Shown: one piece after another, positions 33,586 to 35,553 of the stretch
Layout of the letters: every line of letters begins with the position of its first letter
Position numbering within the stretch: the stretch's first letter is position 1
Source of the DNA: a virus
Taxonomy: Duplodnaviria; Caudoviricetes
Strand: one strand, 5' to 3'
IMG/VR virus record: IMGVR_UViG_3300020003_000008
Span: 1 to 35,553 of that record
DNA length: 35,553 bases
Notes under the pieces: generated by a model
The model's database searches: none
What the model saw: only the letters and a program-made list of their open reading frames with translations
What the model was told of the DNA's origin: nothing
Program-made: the position numbers and the translations under genes

Positions 33586-34598
33586 TCTCGTCCTACCCGT
33601 CCATCTTCAACCTCGGCCACCGCGCGGTGGCCGAGATCTTCAACGACCCTGTCCTGGTGCAGGAGAAGGTCGACGGGTCGCAGATCTCGTTCGGCGTGTA
33701 CGGCGGCGGCCCGCACGAGGGCAACGTCGGCAACCACCCCGACTGCTGCGAGCCGGTGCTGCGCGTCCGCTCCAAGGGCGCCGAGCTGGTGATCGAGGCG
33801 CCGGACAAGATGTTCGCCAAGGGCGTCGAGGCCATCAAGGCCGTGCAGCACCTCCTGTGGCCCGGCTGGACCTACCGGGGCGAGTACCTGGCCAAGCCGA
33901 AGCACAACAGCCTGGCCTACGACCGCGTCCCGCGCAACCACATCGCCCTCTTCGACATCGACCAGGGCGACCAGGACTACCTCGACGCGCCCGCTGTCGC
34001 CCAGGTCGCTCAGGCGCTCGGGTTCGAGGCGGTGCCGGCGTTCGAGATAGCGCGCTTCAACAGCCCCGCCGAGCTGCGCGCCCTGCTCGACACGGTGTCC
34101 TTCCTCGGCGGCCAGAAGGTCGAGGGCGTGGTCGTCAAGAACTACGCTCGCTACGGCCCCGACAAGAAGGCGCTGATGGCGAAATTCGTCAGCGAGGCGT
34201 TCAAGGAAGTGCACGCGGGCGAGTGGAAGAAGTCCAACCCCACCGTCAACGACGTCATCGACCAGGTGATCGCCGAGTACCGCACGCCGGCCCGCTGGGC
34301 CAAGGCGGTGCAGCACCTGCGCGAGCTGGGGCGCCTCGAAGACTCGCCGCGCGACATCGCGCTGCTGTTCCAGGCGGTGCCGGGCGACGTGCAGCTTGAG
34401 TGCGAAGGCGAGATCAAGGACCGGCTGATGGACCTGGCCTGGCCCAAGATCCGGCGCGGCATCACGGCCGGCCTGGCCGAGTGGTACAAGGAACGGCTTC
34501 TGGAGCGGCAGTTCGAGGTGCCCACGATCGCGTGCTGCGCCGACGAGCGTCGCAACGTGCGCGGCGGCTGCGACTCGTGCGGGGCGCCTTGTCTATGA
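33582..34598 (+). CDS. ATP-dependent RNA ligase (Rnl2/Rnl5-like nucleotidyltransferase)
   Basis: YPSI; motif I EKVDGS; RS; motif III GEY; IIIa LFDI; IV EGVVVK; V AKFVSEAFKE; no OB domain evident. Confidence 0.85.
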   Translation: MISSYPSIFNLGHRAVAEIFNDPVLVQEKVDGSQISFGVYGGGPHEGNVGNHPDCCEPVLRVRSKGAELVIEAPDKMFAKGVEAIKAVQHLLWPGWTYRGEYLAKPKHNSLAYDRVPRNHIALFDIDQGDQDYLDAPAVAQVAQALGFEAVPAFEIARFNSPAELRALLDTVSFLGGQKVEGVVVKNYARYGPDKKALMAKFVSEAFKEVHAGEWKKSNPTVNDVIDQVIAEYRTPARWAKAVQHLRELGRLEDSPRDIALLFQAVPGDVQLECEGEIKDRLMDLAWPKIRRGITAGLAEWYKERLLERQFEVPTIACCADERRNVRGGCDSCGAPCL

Positions 34599-35410
34599 CC
34601 GCGCGCGAGACGGACTTCTACACGCTGCCGGACGGCACGCGCATGCCGCGCGTGACGGCGATCCTCAAGGCGGCGTTCCCGTTCGACAACCTGAACTGGT
34701 CCGCGTACCTCGCGCGCGACAATACGCGCCGGTTCGCGCGCCGGGTGCACGAGGCCATTCACCCGGTGCTTGGCATCTGCCTGGGCCTCGACGGGGACAG
34801 CTTCGACCACCAGCTCGCCACGGTGCAGGGCAACGCGCCGCCGCACAAGCTTGGGCAGGACGCGGCCGAGGTGGGCACGGCGGTCCACAAGTACGCCGAG
34901 ATGGTGATGCGGATGCGGATGGGCGAGAACGTGCGCATCCCGGTCCTGCCGTCGCAAGAGATCGTAGGCGGCGTGGCGGTAGCCAGCCGGCACCAGAACG
35001 CGGCCGACGCGTTCCACGCGTGGCTCGACGCGCACGTCATCGAGCCTCTGACGCCCGAGGTCCGGCTCGTCTCGCTGCAGCACGGGTACGCCGGCACGGC
35101 GGACCTGATCGCGCTCGTCGACGGCGTGCCCACCCTGGTCGACTTCAAGACGTCCAAGGGGATCTTCGTCGAGTACCCCGTCCAAGTCGCTGCGTACAGG
35201 CAGGCCGCGCTAGAGATGGGCCTGGCCAAGGCGCCGATGGCGGGCCTGATAGCGCGCTTCCCCAAGGAAGCCGGCGACACGTTCGAGCTGAAGGAAATCC
35301 CGTGGGGATGGCAGAACCACCTGTTCGGCGTGTTCCTCGGCGCCCGCGCCAACTGGGAATACCGGCAGTGGTTCGCCGAGCAGTTCCCGTACAAGCGCCG
35401 GATGAAGTGA
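34595..35410 (+). CDS. PD-(D/E)XK exonuclease (RecB/Cas4-like)
   Basis: PRVTAIL...GTAVH..AE...PE..L...GYAGTADL...DFKTSK..YP.QVAAY. Confidence 0.88.
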   Translation: MTARETDFYTLPDGTRMPRVTAILKAAFPFDNLNWSAYLARDNTRRFARRVHEAIHPVLGICLGLDGDSFDHQLATVQGNAPPHKLGQDAAEVGTAVHKYAEMVMRMRMGENVRIPVLPSQEIVGGVAVASRHQNAADAFHAWLDAHVIEPLTPEVRLVSLQHGYAGTADLIALVDGVPTLVDFKTSKGIFVEYPVQVAAYRQAALEMGLAKAPMAGLIARFPKEAGDTFELKEIPWGWQNHLFGVFLGARANWEYRQWFAEQFPYKRRMK

Positions 35411-35553
35411 TGGCGCTCTTCCAGATCGAGCCGTGCACCAAGTGCGGCTCCGACGTCTGGCGCCTCGTGTGTCTCAGCCGCCTGGCCGAGCAGGCCGACC
35501 TTGTCTGCCTGTTCTGCGGCCGCGACCTGCGCATCGACCGCGACACCCGCGCT
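35410..35553 (+). CDS. Zn-ribbon protein, truncated by window edge
   Basis: TGATG overlap; MALFQIEPCTKCGSDVW...VCLFCGRD. Confidence 0.6.
   Translation, partial: MALFQIEPCTKCGSDVWRLVCLSRLAEQADLVCLFCGRDLRIDRDTRA

Noticed and set aside
34595-35410. Cas4/CRISPR association
   Set aside because: No Fe-S cysteine cluster, no cas genes and no repeat-spacer array in the window; an ordinary phage exonuclease.

Overview
The window is ~35.5 kb of a high-GC (roughly 70% by eye) tailed-phage or prophage genome with a podovirus-type morphogenesis module (BPP-1/T7-like gene order, no RNA polymerase gene in the window). Bases 1-28642 are a leftward late operon: putative TerS, a ~400-nt non-coding RNA cluster with an atypical CAT-anticodon tRNA, small ORFs, TerL, portal, scaffold, major capsid, a block of accessory virion genes (collagen-like, LamG, a paralog pair), tail tubular A/B, a GNAT protein, three ejection proteins (the last a 2318-aa polyvalent protein) and probable lysis-region genes. 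A divergent switch (XRE-HTH gene, mirrored promoters and operators) at ~28.8-29.3 kb separates it from a rightward early operon: Cys-rich mini-ORFs, DUF932, a region-2-only sigma-like protein, SSB-like protein, ATP-dependent RNA ligase and PD-(D/E)XK nuclease. The most striking signals are RNA-level: a complete type II hammerhead ribozyme whose core doubles as a Shine-Dalgarno site, a tRNA-fMet-like gene followed by a three-way-junction RNA with complementary kissing loops, and a terminator/antiterminator behind a DUF2292-like gene. All family calls come from motif recognition by eye; no database search or folding program was run.
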